Below are positions 8,801 to 18,001 of a DNA stretch of 64,000 bases, piece by piece; the first letter of the stretch is position 1; each line of letters opens with the position of its first letter. Location: positions 1 through 64,000 of IMG/VR virus record IMGVR_UViG_3300033075_001896. The stretch is one strand, 5' to 3'. Below the pieces are notes generated by a model. It was not told where the DNA came from. It ran no database searches and was given only the letters and a program-made list of their open reading frames with translations. The translations under genes and the position numbers were made by a program. The DNA comes from a virus (lineage: Duplodnaviria > Caudoviricetes).

Positions 8801-9993
8801 TTCTTGCCCTTTCTCTGCTGAATCTCTTCAATGACTTTCAATGCGCGTGCTCGGATCTCTTCAGGGGGGAGACGCGGCTTGGCGGATTTCTCCACAGTCT
8901 TCACGGCGGGCTTGTGCGCGACGGTGGCCGGTCGGGTCTGCGCGCACCGCTCGCACGTCTGCGCCTCGTCGTAGAGCGAGAGAAGCGTCGTCCACGAACC
9001 GTCACGCCCCCGCAGGTGAGCGATCGAGGGACGCCACCCGTCGCGCAGGTGCCCCGCTTTGATGTGCCGCGCGAGGTGCCGCGTCCCGTCGAGCGTCCAG
9101 ACCGGGGTCACGCCCTGCAGCACGCCATCGAGTTCGTTCTCTTGAACCGGACCCGCGGAGAGGCGCAGTCCGCCGTCCGTGCGCAGCGTGAACAGCACCT
9201 CCGTCGCGCTCACACGTGCGCCCGTACGCTCCCAGGAGGAAAGGCGGGGAGTGGGGGAAACCTCAGTTGCTCCCGTGGTTGCTCCCGGTGCGGAAGCAAC
9301 TGGTTGCTCCCGGTTGCTCGCGTTTGGTTCGGCTTCTTTCTTTGTCTCTATCTCTCCGGAAGGGGGAGTGGGGGAAACCTCAGTTGCTCCCGTGGTTGCT
9401 CCCGGTGCGGAAGCAACTGGTTGCTCCCGGTTGCTCTGGGAATGAGCAACGGTTGCTCCGCGAGTTGCGGCCGGTCGCTCGTGCCCGAACCGACCCTTGT
9501 GTTGCCCCGCGCCCTCGGCCATCACCAGGGCCTCGTCCCGCGTGAGACCGAGACGGTCGATCGCCCTTTGACCGTGCTCACTGTCGAGCCACCGGACACG
9601 AGCGTCACATGTCTTCAGCCGCAGCTTGGAGAACCATGCGCGAAGTGCAGCCGCCCGCGCAGGCCGTGGCGACTCTTCTGCGGTGTTTGGAAGAGGCCGT
9701 GCCCCGTCATCGCCCGCGTCGACGGCCGGGAGATCGAGCGCGATCACGCCACCCTCGACGTACGCAAGGCGGACGCGGTGCAGCTCCAGCCACGCCGCGC
9801 GCACGGGTTCCTCGGGGTCGCGGCCAGAGACCGCCAGGAGCACCTCGTCGAGCGTCATCGCGCCGAGCGGCACCGCGCCTCGACCGTCCGCGACGTCCGA
9901 AAGGGACCACAGAAGTCCGCGCGCGGCGAGCGAGAGCTTCGCGCACCGAGGATCGTTGAGTTGCCCCGAGGGCGAGCGCCACCAGCCCTTCAC
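8797..9993 (-). CDS. Putative phage replication initiator
   Basis: Directly upstream of dnaB; N-terminal LSLAARGLLWSL motif; internal iteron-bearing duplication as in lambda O-type initiators. Confidence 0.7.
   Translation of the reverse strand: MKGWWRSPSGQLNDPRCAKLSLAARGLLWSLSDVADGRGAVPLGAMTLDEVLLAVSGRDPEEPVRAAWLELHRVRLAYVEGGVIALDLPAVDAGDDGARPLPNTAEESPRPARAAALRAWFSKLRLKTCDARVRWLDSEHGQRAIDRLGLTRDEALVMAEGAGQHKGRFGHERPAATRGATVAHSQSNREQPVASAPGATTGATEVSPTPPSGEIETKKEAEPNASNREQPVASAPGATTGATEVSPTPRLSSWERTGARVSATEVLFTLRTDGGLRLSAGPVQENELDGVLQGVTPVWTLDGTRHLARHIKAGHLRDGWRPSIAHLRGRDGSWTTLLSLYDEAQTCERCAQTRPATVAHKPAVKTVEKSAKPRLPPEEIRARALKVIEEIQQRKGKK
9246..9460. repeat. Putative replication origin: two identical 74-bp direct repeats (9246-9319, 9363-9436) with multiple GTTGCT/AGCAAC iterons and a T-rich spacer
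   Basis: Exact repeat with 117-bp period; GTTGCTC recurs four times per copy and again near 9452; spacer TTTGGTTCGGCTTCTTTCTTTGTCTCTATCTCT. Confidence 0.8.
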
Positions 9994-11174
9994 TCTGCCT
10001 CCTTCTCGTGAATGTTTTCGTCGTCGAGCGCACCGACGTGGTGGGTCTGACCGAGGGGCTTCGGAGGGGCTTCGGAGGGGCTGTGGAGGTCCTCATCCTC
10101 CACGAGGAAGTTGAGCTGCCCGCCCTCCTCGAAGGGGTCCGTCGCGAGCGGCTCGCGGCCCGTCCACCCGTCCGGCCAAGTGCCGTGTCCGTCGTTTGCC
10201 GCGAGGAGTTCGCGGATGCGCGACTCCTCCTCCGCGTTGAGAATGTCCAGCGCACCCCACGGGAGACGATCCGCGCGCGCGGCCGCGTCGTTCACGCGGC
10301 GCTGCACGTCGATCACCTTCTCCAGGGCCTCGTAGCGCGCGGCGACGGTGATCGGCCCGATGCGGTGCTGCTTCTTGACGAGGTCGCCGTCCGCGCGTCG
10401 CTCCCCCGCAGGTTGGCGGAGCCGCACGTCGTGTTGACGGAGCCGCCGCCAGAGGCGCTTGAGTTCCAACACCGGGGCGAGGTGTGACCAGTCCGCGAGC
10501 TTCACGACGCGGGCCGTGGCGCGATCCTCCTCGACGCAGAAGCAGCTCATGCACCCCGTCCTGGCCGTAAGGTCGAGCCCTTCGAGGTCGTCCTTCTCGT
10601 CGGGCGTGTCCACGCCGTAGACGTGCGCGACGAGTCGCGTGCACCACCGCATCGTCATGTTCGTCGCGGGCGGCGGGCCCTTGCCGAGCATGTACACGAG
10701 GATGCGCTCGTCGAGCGGGGCCATCGCGACGTGCGTGGTGACCTCGACGCCGCGCTCCTCGCCCTTCTCCTGCGCCTCTTCGAGGAGCCGCAGCGCCGCG
10801 CGCAGGAGCGGCGGGAGTTCGAGGCGCGTGTCGGCCAGGATCACGCGAATGGACTTCGGCCGCGGGACACGGCCCGTGAGGACGGCCCACAGGAAGAAGG
10901 TGAGCGTGGCGGTGGAGTCTTTGCCGCCCGAGAACATCACGACCACGTGTTCGTGCCGTTCGAGGTACTGCTTGAGCGACGCGAGCGAGAGCTCAATCGA
11001 GGCGTGCATGTTCATGCGCGGCGAGGCGACGGCCGGGAGCGCGTTCTGCCCGCGGCCAACCTTTGGGCGCCGACCGCGCAGGTGTGCGCGGAGGTCCTCG
11101 GGGGAGATCGTGGCGGCGTTCGCGAGCGCGGTGATCGCTTCGACGTTGAGGACGGGGAGGGCCCTGCGCTTCAT
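9990..11174 (-). CDS. PAPS-reductase family (DndC-like) protein, possibly internally deleted
   Basis: FSGGKDS, ADTRLE, RWCTR, ARTGCMSC; the central segment expected in this family appears absent. Confidence 0.75.
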   Translation of the reverse strand: MKRRALPVLNVEAITALANAATISPEDLRAHLRGRRPKVGRGQNALPAVASPRMNMHASIELSLASLKQYLERHEHVVVMFSGGKDSTATLTFFLWAVLTGRVPRPKSIRVILADTRLELPPLLRAALRLLEEAQEKGEERGVEVTTHVAMAPLDERILVYMLGKGPPPATNMTMRWCTRLVAHVYGVDTPDEKDDLEGLDLTARTGCMSCFCVEEDRATARVVKLADWSHLAPVLELKRLWRRLRQHDVRLRQPAGERRADGDLVKKQHRIGPITVAARYEALEKVIDVQRRVNDAAARADRLPWGALDILNAEEESRIRELLAANDGHGTWPDGWTGREPLATDPFEEGGQLNFLVEDEDLHSPSEAPPKPLGQTHHVGALDDENIHEKEAE

Positions 11175-11581
11175 GCCCGTTCCGCCTCTCGCGCCAGCGC
11201 CTCGAACACTTCTTTCGCCAGGACCGTGCACGCCGACCGCGCCGTCTCGGAGACGCGCACGGCGTACAGCCCCGGGACCGCCCGCAGTTGCACGCAGAGC
11301 CACGGGGCGATCAGTTCGCTCGTAGGGTTTTGAAGGCCCTCGATGGCATGGAGGGGCTTGTGGTCGAGCGTCTGGATGACGGGCTTCGCCACCGCGTCGA
11401 TCTCCGCGAAGTCCGCCACCATCCCATCGGCGCGGATCGGTCCGAGGACAAACACCGTGACGGTGTAGCTGTGCCCGTGCAGCGTCCCGCACTTGTGCCC
11501 CGGCGCCACGAGGGGAAGCTGGTGCGCAGCCTCGAACGTGTAGATCCGCTCCAGAAGCGCGGGGAGCCCCACGAAGTTCAT
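11171..11581 (-). CDS. queD: 6-carboxy-5,6,7,8-tetrahydropterin synthase
   Basis: FEAAHQLP...KCGTLHGHSY...DFAEI...LDH...NPTSE...VSET. Confidence 0.92.
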   Translation of the reverse strand: MNFVGLPALLERIYTFEAAHQLPLVAPGHKCGTLHGHSYTVTVFVLGPIRADGMVADFAEIDAVAKPVIQTLDHKPLHAIEGLQNPTSELIAPWLCVQLRAVPGLYAVRVSETARSACTVLAKEVFEALAREAERA

Positions 11582-12234
11582 GACCGCACCCCCACCGACG
11601 TCGCCGGGTCCGTGACCCCCGCGGCCTCGAACCCCTTCGCCCGCGTCACGCACGCGCCACACAACCCGCAGGGTGCCGCCGTGGCCGCGTAGCAGGAGCG
11701 TGTCGCTGCGATGTCCACACCCAGCGCCAGGCCGAGGTGGATGACCTCCGCCTTCGTCCGCGCGGACAGCGGGGCGACGAGTTCCGGCGCGCGCGCCATC
11801 CCGAGGCGTGCCGCCGTCTGCACCGCGTCGAGGTACGCGGGGCGGCAGTCGGGAAAGCCGAGGGCGTCCTCGGCCGTCGCCCCGATCACGACACACGCCG
11901 CGCCTTTCGTCTCCGCGACCGAGAAGGCCAGCGCGAGGAGGATGCCGTTGCGGCCCGGCACATAGTGTGGCGACACGCCCACGCCCCCGGTTTGCGCGAG
12001 ACGAAGCCGGGACAGGTCGAGCGGCACGACCTCGGCGTTGCAACGCCCCGCCTGCACCCGAGCGCAGGTGAGTTCGAAGTCGCCGTGCGGCTGGCCGTAG
12101 TCCACGAGGACGGCGACACAGCGATAGGTCTCGGCGGCGTGCGCGAGGGCGACGGCCGAGTCGAGGCCCCCCGAAAGGAGAACGACGGCCACAGGGCGGG
12201 TGTCTTCCGACGGGACGAGTGAGCGTGGCTTCAT
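11578..12234 (-). CDS. queC: 7-cyano-7-deazaguanine synthase
   Basis: LLSGGLDS, DYGQ, YVPGRNG, FPDCRP, TRSCY, CGLCGAC. Confidence 0.93.
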   Translation of the reverse strand: MKPRSLVPSEDTRPVAVVLLSGGLDSAVALAHAAETYRCVAVLVDYGQPHGDFELTCARVQAGRCNAEVVPLDLSRLRLAQTGGVGVSPHYVPGRNGILLALAFSVAETKGAACVVIGATAEDALGFPDCRPAYLDAVQTAARLGMARAPELVAPLSARTKAEVIHLGLALGVDIAATRSCYAATAAPCGLCGACVTRAKGFEAAGVTDPATSVGVRS

Positions 12235-13235
12235 GCGCGGACTCCGGCGGCAAAGAGGTTGAGTTGTCGGCGCGGGCGCGCGGCGACCTTCTCCGCGGCG
12301 CGCGCGAGGGCGACGCGGTTCCGCTCACACCCGAGGTGACGTGGCACGAGGAAGGCGCGCCCGCGCGTTGCCGCGTCGAGTTGCGCGAGGCGAAGCGCGC
12401 GGACGTGCAATGCGTAGGTCAAGCAAGAGGCGCAGTTCTGATGCCCCTTGTTCGTCGTGCGCAGCCGCGCCGCGCACGTGGGGTGCAGGAGTTTTTGGCT
12501 CCGAGCGGCGAGGAGATCGGCCTGCGTGTCGTATGAAGCGACGCGGCCGACGCCGTAGACGCGCGGCGCGAGGTCGGTTTCGTATACATCCCCGAGGAGG
12601 TCGGCGAAGCGCGCGAGGCCCTCGACCTTGAAGCCGAGCAGGTGCAGCGAGAGCCCTTTGCCAACGAGCTCGCGGACGAGACCCTCCGCCATCCGCGTGT
12701 TCTGTCGGCGGCAAACGGAGCCAAGCCCGACAAGCCCCTCCGCGAGAAGGTCCACGCCCGCCTCGGCATACATCGCAAGGTGGTCGAAATACTCCTCGTG
12801 CTCCCACCCCTGGAGGGCAGGCATCCACGGCACCTCGGGCGCGAGTTCTCGGAGCGCCTTGAGGTTGTGCACGGTCTCCTGCTGGTGGCGGCGTACGCCC
12901 TCGCGCCGCGAAAGACCCTTCGCCCACCTGGACATCGCGAGGATCGGTGGCTCGCACATGAGGTCGAGGGCCGCGACACGCACGACCCCTCCGATCTCCG
13001 CGCAGACCCGCCGCGCGAGGGCTGCGTACGCCTCCAACGTGAACGGGAGTTCGCCGCGCGACGACATCGTGTGAAACACCCCGCCGTCGATCGCGAGCGG
13101 AGCGGGGGTGCCGTCCTCGCGTTGGATGCGGCGCGGCATGGTGACGCGATCGGCGAGCGTCGTCATCGCGACGAACTGCGGCTCTGTGGCACGCGTGAGC
13201 CACGCTGGGTTTGGAGCGCCGAAGAAGAAGATCAC
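12231..13235 (-). CDS. Queuine tRNA-ribosyltransferase-like (DpdA-type) deazapurine DNA transglycosylase
   Basis: AIDGGVF, DLMCEP, PALQGW, VGLGSVCRRQ, LHLLGFK, HQNCASC; coupled to queC. Confidence 0.75.
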   Translation of the reverse strand: MIFFFGAPNPAWLTRATEPQFVAMTTLADRVTMPRRIQREDGTPAPLAIDGGVFHTMSSRGELPFTLEAYAALARRVCAEIGGVVRVAALDLMCEPPILAMSRWAKGLSRREGVRRHQQETVHNLKALRELAPEVPWMPALQGWEHEEYFDHLAMYAEAGVDLLAEGLVGLGSVCRRQNTRMAEGLVRELVGKGLSLHLLGFKVEGLARFADLLGDVYETDLAPRVYGVGRVASYDTQADLLAARSQKLLHPTCAARLRTTNKGHQNCASCLTYALHVRALRLAQLDAATRGRAFLVPRHLGCERNRVALARAAEKVAARPRRQLNLFAAGVRA

Positions 13236-14197
13236 GCGGCCTCCCGTTGCGGGTCGTTGCCCCACACGCGCGCACACCACAGCACGTGCGCCTCACCCGG
13301 CGGCGCGAGGCAGGTGCAGGGCGGGAGCTCGCGGCCCTTGCCGACGACGCGGAAGACGCACTCGCACGGCCGCGCGTCGCGGCTGTCCTCGGCGAGCACC
13401 GGGAGCGCGCGCACACGCTTCTTCGCGTCGGCCCAGAACGCCTGATGCGGCACGCGCTCGGTCGGCACGACGCCCGCGCGCACCATCTCCGCGAAGATGG
13501 GCTCCAGCTCCTCCAGCGAGATCCCGTTGAGGATCGTGTACCCGATGTCGGCCTCGGCCTCTTTCGCGCGCGCCCACACGTCCGGTCGCGTCACGTACAC
13601 GACGAACCAGTGCTGGCGCCCCGCCTTCAAGCACCCCGTGCAGTTGGCGTGCTTGAAGGTGCTGTACGAGAGCGGCGGCTCGATGCCGACCTCGCGCGTC
13701 GAGAGGATCGTGCGCGGCCAGAGCGCGAGCGGGTAGTCCGTGCGCCACCCGTCCGCGCCGAGGATCGACGCGCGGCGACGGATGCGGTCGGTCTCGTGCG
13801 CGTCGAAGCCGTAGTAGATCGTCGTGACCGCGCGGTCGGCGTGCGCGTCGAGCCACGCGCGGAAGGGCTCCGTCTTGAGGAAGTATGTGCAGAGCACGTG
13901 ACCGTTCGCACCCTTGAACGCCCCCGCGGCGCGCACCACGTCGAACTGGTCCATCGTGTCCCATGCGGGGTGATTCGCGTAGGTGATCGGGAGCCCGAGG
14001 TGCGCGGCCACGTCGCGCTTGAAGCGCTTCACGTCGGCGTCTTCGGAGCGCTCGTGAATGTCGTGGTTGAGGAGCACCACGCTGTTGCGCCCATAGCGCC
14101 GCACGACTTCGAAAGCGACGAGGGCCGAGGAGTGGCCGCCCGAGAAGCACACCACGTGGGCCGGGGCTGTGAGGCTGAAGAGAGTGAGCGGCGTCAC
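13232..14197 (-). CDS. PAPS-reductase/PP-loop family protein
   Basis: CFSGGHSS, CTYFLKTEPF, YYGFDAHE, HANCTGCLKAG, PCEC. Confidence 0.8.
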   Translation of the reverse strand: MTPLTLFSLTAPAHVVCFSGGHSSALVAFEVVRRYGRNSVVLLNHDIHERSEDADVKRFKRDVAAHLGLPITYANHPAWDTMDQFDVVRAAGAFKGANGHVLCTYFLKTEPFRAWLDAHADRAVTTIYYGFDAHETDRIRRRASILGADGWRTDYPLALWPRTILSTREVGIEPPLSYSTFKHANCTGCLKAGRQHWFVVYVTRPDVWARAKEAEADIGYTILNGISLEELEPIFAEMVRAGVVPTERVPHQAFWADAKKRVRALPVLAEDSRDARPCECVFRVVGKGRELPPCTCLAPPGEAHVLWCARVWGNDPQREAA

Positions 14198-14466
14198 ACG
14201 CGCCTCCCGAGGAGTGCGTTCCATCGCGGCTTCGGGGGCGGAGGGAGCGACGGGGCCGCGAGGCAGGTGGCGGCGTGCGCGAGGTCCTCGGCGCGCTCCG
14301 ACCACCGCCCGCAGTCCGCGCAGCGGAAGCCGTCACGCACGCCGCCCTTGTCGCACGGGTTGTCCGTGACAAGGGCGGCCACGGTCGTGCAGCCCGCGGG
14401 GCCGGGACACGCCTCGCCGCGATGTTCGTAGAGGCAGTCGTGCCCTTTCGACGCGAGGACTCTCAT
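14194..14466 (-). CDS. Small Cys-rich hypothetical protein
   Basis: 4-nt overlaps with both neighbours; CADC. Confidence 0.5.
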   Translation of the reverse strand: MRVLASKGHDCLYEHRGEACPGPAGCTTVAALVTDNPCDKGGVRDGFRCADCGRWSERAEDLAHAATCLAAPSLPPPPKPRWNALLGRRV

Positions 14467-15104
14467 GCCGCCTGCTCCTCGGTGGCGTCCTCGGCCTGGT
14501 CGTCACGCGACCGCGGCGCGGCGGGGTCGCGCTGCTGAAGGAGCGGCCACAGGCCCGCCGCGCGGACGGCGCGGAGAAGGGCGCGGTGCAGCGCGCCGTG
14601 CTTCTCCATCGGCGCGGTCTCGGCGCGGTCGCCCTCGATCGCCCACGCGGCGTCATGGCCCTTGAGTGGCGACTGGAGGCTCTGGCGCTGGTCGAGCTTG
14701 AGCGACGTGTAGAGCGTCGCGTCGAGCGCGAGGATCACCTGCGGGCGGGACGGGACGAAGTTCGTGTCGGTGATCGGGTCGAGCGCGGTGAAGAGGTGCC
14801 GCGGGGCGATCATCAGGAACTCTTCGAAGAGCTCCCCGCCGCGCGCGATCGGCCCCACCCACACCACCCTGTCCGTGCGCGTCCACGCGAGCGTGTGGCG
14901 GCGCGTCGAGAGCACCCACTCCGCCGTGTCCTCGTGAGACTTCACCCAGGGGTCGAGACGCTGGCGGTACTCGTGGACGGCCCGCTCCAGCCGCTCGCGC
15001 ACGCGCGTGGGGAGACGGTCCCAGGTCTCGGCGCGGGTGTAGAGCACGGCCTGCGGAAGACCCGACGGGAGGCGCGAGCGGAGCGGGATGCGCACCGTCG
15101 TCAC
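14463..15104 (-). CDS. Hypothetical protein
   Basis: Coupled in operon; protein-like composition. Confidence 0.6.
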   Translation of the reverse strand: MTTVRIPLRSRLPSGLPQAVLYTRAETWDRLPTRVRERLERAVHEYRQRLDPWVKSHEDTAEWVLSTRRHTLAWTRTDRVVWVGPIARGGELFEEFLMIAPRHLFTALDPITDTNFVPSRPQVILALDATLYTSLKLDQRQSLQSPLKGHDAAWAIEGDRAETAPMEKHGALHRALLRAVRAAGLWPLLQQRDPAAPRSRDDQAEDATEEQAA

Positions 15105-15943
15105 GGACGGCTCTCCAGCGCGAGCCGCACGCCCGTGACCTCGACCTCACCGGGGCCGACGAGCGTGCCCCAGACCGGGACGCCGCCGAGCATCACCTGC
15201 GTCATCCCGCCCACGACGTCCGCGGTCGATCCCGGCGCGAGCTGCACCGCGGTCGTCGGGTAGACCTCGGGTGTCGTCGGGGTCTCGGGCTCCACCATCT
15301 CATCAAGCGACTCCGCGACCGAAGGGAGCTCGACCGCCACGTCGGGCGGGGGGACGGGCGGGAGCTCGATCACACGCGAGGGGGGCGCGTCGGCGAGGGC
15401 CGTGATGGCCGCGACGGCCGCCTCGGGCGTGAGCCCGCCCTGCGACCGGAGCACCTGCGCGCGCGTCCGGTGCCTCTTGCAGAGCGGCCGCAGGGCCTCG
15501 GGGAGCGTCGGCCGGTAGCGCTGCGGGACGTCGCCGCAGACCTTGCAGACGCCCTCGGGCTGAAGGAACGCGAGACCGTGCGCCGGGGCCTCGGGCTCCT
15601 CGGCCAAGGCCTCGACCGCTGCGCGCGTGTCGGGCGCCGCGGCAGGCGGCGCGTCCTCGACCTCGCCGAGCGGGACGGGCGGGTCGCGTCGCACGAGCCA
15701 CGCCTCGACGGCCCGACGCGCTTCGCGCGGCACGTCGGGGTGCCACTCGGACACCGCGCGGTTCCGAACGATCGCGTCCCAGGTGCGCCCCGCGCGCGCG
15801 CGGGCCTCGGCGACCGTGGCGCAGGAGTTCCGCACCTCGACCGCGCCCTTCTTCACCTGCACGACTTCGTACGGCCAGACCTTCATGCGAAATCCCTCCC
15901 GCGCGCGGCCCGTCTCGTGGGCCGGTGCGTGTTGCGTGTTCAC
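15101..15943 (-). CDS. Hypothetical protein with CxxC...CxxH zinc knuckle
   Basis: CKVCG...LCKRH; GTGA overlap. Confidence 0.55.
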   Translation of the reverse strand: MNTQHAPAHETGRAREGFRMKVWPYEVVQVKKGAVEVRNSCATVAEARARAGRTWDAIVRNRAVSEWHPDVPREARRAVEAWLVRRDPPVPLGEVEDAPPAAAPDTRAAVEALAEEPEAPAHGLAFLQPEGVCKVCGDVPQRYRPTLPEALRPLCKRHRTRAQVLRSQGGLTPEAAVAAITALADAPPSRVIELPPVPPPDVAVELPSVAESLDEMVEPETPTTPEVYPTTAVQLAPGSTADVVGGMTQVMLGGVPVWGTLVGPGEVEVTGVRLALESRP

Positions 15944-16377
15944 CGCGCGCCCCGCAGCCGCGCGATCTCCGCGGCGAAGAGGCGCCACTTCGCGGCCTCG
16001 TCCTTCGGCGCCTGCGCCCGCACGGCCGCGAGCGCCTGCATGGCGAGGGCGCGGCGCTCCGCCGCCACCGCGCGGCTCTGCCAGCACCACCGCCATGGCG
16101 TGCTCTCCTCGGGCACGTCCTCCATCCGCACGAGCGTGCAGCGCTCCGTGGCGATGAGCAGCCGCACGGGGCGCGGGTCGCCGCGCCGACGCCAGCACCG
16201 CGCGATCACCCCGCGCAGCTCCTCGCCCGTCTCCTTGTTGTGCACGCACACGGGCCACCCCACGTAGGGCGCGCGCTGCTGGGCCTCGATCGCGTCCATC
16301 TCGTCCGCGACGCTCGGCGGCGCGCGAAACACCGTGTGGTTCCGAAAGATCACCGGGACCTCCGCACGCCCGCCCAC
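15940..16377 (-). CDS. Hypothetical protein
   Basis: Operon coupling; start uncertain. Confidence 0.5.
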   Translation of the reverse strand: MGGRAEVPVIFRNHTVFRAPPSVADEMDAIEAQQRAPYVGWPVCVHNKETGEELRGVIARCWRRRGDPRPVRLLIATERCTLVRMEDVPEESTPWRWCWQSRAVAAERRALAMQALAAVRAQAPKDEAAKWRLFAAEIARLRGAR

Positions 16378-16429
16378 AGGGCGAGGCCACCGACCGCGGC
16401 GAAGGCCGCGAGGTCGACCAGGAAGGCGC

Positions 16430-16645
16430 TCATCGCCGCACCCACACCGAGGCGTCGCAGCGGTCGAGCACCGCGCGCGTCGCGACGTTGCAGGGCGCGG
16501 GCCGCGCCCACGGCGCCTCGCACGCGACCGGGTGGTGCACGCACGTCGCGAGGTGGTCGGTGCCGTGGATGCGCCCGCACGGGCACGGGCCCGACTCGAC
16601 GTGCGTCGAGAAGAATCCCCGCGTGCGGTGTCCCGCGCGCCTCAC
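16430..16645 (-). CDS. Small Cys/His-rich hypothetical protein
   Basis: CPCGRIH...CVHH; GTGA overlap. Confidence 0.4.
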   Translation of the reverse strand: MRRAGHRTRGFFSTHVESGPCPCGRIHGTDHLATCVHHPVACEAPWARPAPCNVATRAVLDRCDASVWVRR

Positions 16646-16947
16646 GGCCGCGCCTCGACGTCGAGGCGCCAGGCCACCCGCGCGATCACCGCGTATGCGA
16701 GCGCGCCCGCGAGGGCGTACGGGCTCCGGTGGGCCGCTGCGGCGACGAGGAGCGCGACCCCGAGGGCCGCGGCGGCGACGATCGCGCAGGCGTCGAGGAG
16801 CCGCGCGCAGCCGCGCGCGACCGTTCGCTCCAGCTTTTCGATTCGTACGCGCCGCGTCGAAACCTCGCTTGACGCAGACACGTTGAGAGGCGACGTTCGG
16901 CGTGCGACGAATGTCGTCGCACCAGGGACGAATGGAAGGAACCTCAC
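16642..16947 (-). CDS. Small membrane protein
   Basis: Two hydrophobic segments; GTGA overlap with the cro-like stop (start uncertain). Confidence 0.45.
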   Translation of the reverse strand: MRFLPFVPGATTFVARRTSPLNVSASSEVSTRRVRIEKLERTVARGCARLLDACAIVAAAALGVALLVAAAAHRSPYALAGALAYAVIARVAWRLDVEARP

Positions 16948-17285
16948 GGGCACCTCGCGGTGCGGCGTGCGCGGCGCGGACGCGTCGTTTGCGTCGCGGC
17001 GCGCGACACGGCGGCGAGGATGCGCTCGGCGGGCGGGGGCTCCCCCTCGCCGCGCACGAGCCAGTCGAGCGAGACGCCCGCGACGGTGGCGATCGAGGTG
17101 AGCGTGTGCGCGCCGAGGTTGCCGCGCTTCCCCTGGAGGATCACGCGGACGTGCGAGCGGTCGAGGCCCGCGAGGACCGAGAGGCGGGTGGCCGTGATCT
17201 TCGCGGCCTTGAGGATCAGGCGGACGTTTCGCGCCAGGGTGCGACCGATGTCGCGGAAGGTCGGCGTCTTTGGCGGACAGCACAT
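16944..17285 (-). CDS. Cro-like XRE HTH regulator
   Basis: ATRLSVLAGLDRSHVRVI...TLTSIATVAGVSLDWLVRGEG. Confidence 0.75.
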   Translation of the reverse strand: MCCPPKTPTFRDIGRTLARNVRLILKAAKITATRLSVLAGLDRSHVRVILQGKRGNLGAHTLTSIATVAGVSLDWLVRGEGEPPPAERILAAVSRAATQTTRPRRARRTARCP

Positions 17286-17287
17286 GC

Positions 17288-17320
17288 GACCTTTGTAGCC
17301 AAGCGGACAAAGATCGTCAA
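17288..17320 (-). promoter_or_regulatory. Leftward early promoter TTGACG-N17-TACAAA, overlapped by operator-like palindrome 17286-17299
   Basis: Minus strand TTGACGATCTTTGTCCGCTTGGCTACAAAGGTC; ATG 6 nt after the -10-like box. Confidence 0.6.
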
Positions 17321-17338
17321 GAAAAACGGAGAGCGGTA

Positions 17339-18001
17339 ATGATGACAGCGGTGATTCCCGCGGATAACGTGGCGGGCGTGGAGCTTTTTGAGCGAATCAT
17401 GATCGCGGTGCGACGGGCCGAGGAGAGGGGCCTCAGCGTCTCGGCCCTGAGCCAGAAGATCGGCTCCAAAGACAAGATCCGGGCGTGGATCGTCCGCGCC
17501 GGGCAGGGGAAGCCCGTGCAGAAGGTCGCGATCGAGGACCTCCGCACGCTCGCGCGCGAGACGGGCGTGAACGAGAAGTGGCTGATCCACGAGCTCGGCG
17601 AGCCCTTCGCGAAGGACGCCCCGACGCCGAAGGTCGTGTCGACCGTGTACGTGCCCGACGTGGAGTCGGGGATGCGGCCGAAGCTCACGGGGGAGGTCGA
17701 GGCGGCGCTCGCCGAGGGCGCGGCGCACGCCACCCAGGCGCCCGCGCTGCGATACTACGCCGACCTCCCGAACATCCACACTCTACTCCGCGAGGCGCAG
17801 AAGCGGCGGCCCGACATCGAGCGGTGGGTCTGGGAGCGCATCCCGACGACCCCGATCGTCACGCAGGGGCGGGTCGCGCCGACCGTCCACTCCATCCTCG
17901 GCCTGGCCGAGTATCTCGCGGAGAACGACGCGCCCCCGGCCGACGAGACGCGCGTCGACCTCGCGCCGGTCGCCTCCCCCGTGAAGCGCAGGGCGCGCTA
18001 A
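17339..18001 (+). CDS. CI-like repressor (XRE HTH)
   Basis: RGLSVSALSQKIG...LRTLARETGVNEKWLIHELGEP; divergent from the cro-like gene. Confidence 0.7.
   Translation: MMTAVIPADNVAGVELFERIMIAVRRAEERGLSVSALSQKIGSKDKIRAWIVRAGQGKPVQKVAIEDLRTLARETGVNEKWLIHELGEPFAKDAPTPKVVSTVYVPDVESGMRPKLTGEVEAALAEGAAHATQAPALRYYADLPNIHTLLREAQKRRPDIERWVWERIPTTPIVTQGRVAPTVHSILGLAEYLAENDAPPADETRVDLAPVASPVKRRAR

Noticed and set aside
9246-9436. Repeat pair as a DGR template/variable region or a CRISPR array
   Set aside because: Copies are identical with no adenine-specific mismatches, there are only two, and no reverse transcriptase or cas gene is present
9990-11174. Complete Dnd phosphorothioation system
   Set aside because: No DndD ATPase, DndE, DndB or desulfurase in the window, and the gene looks internally shortened
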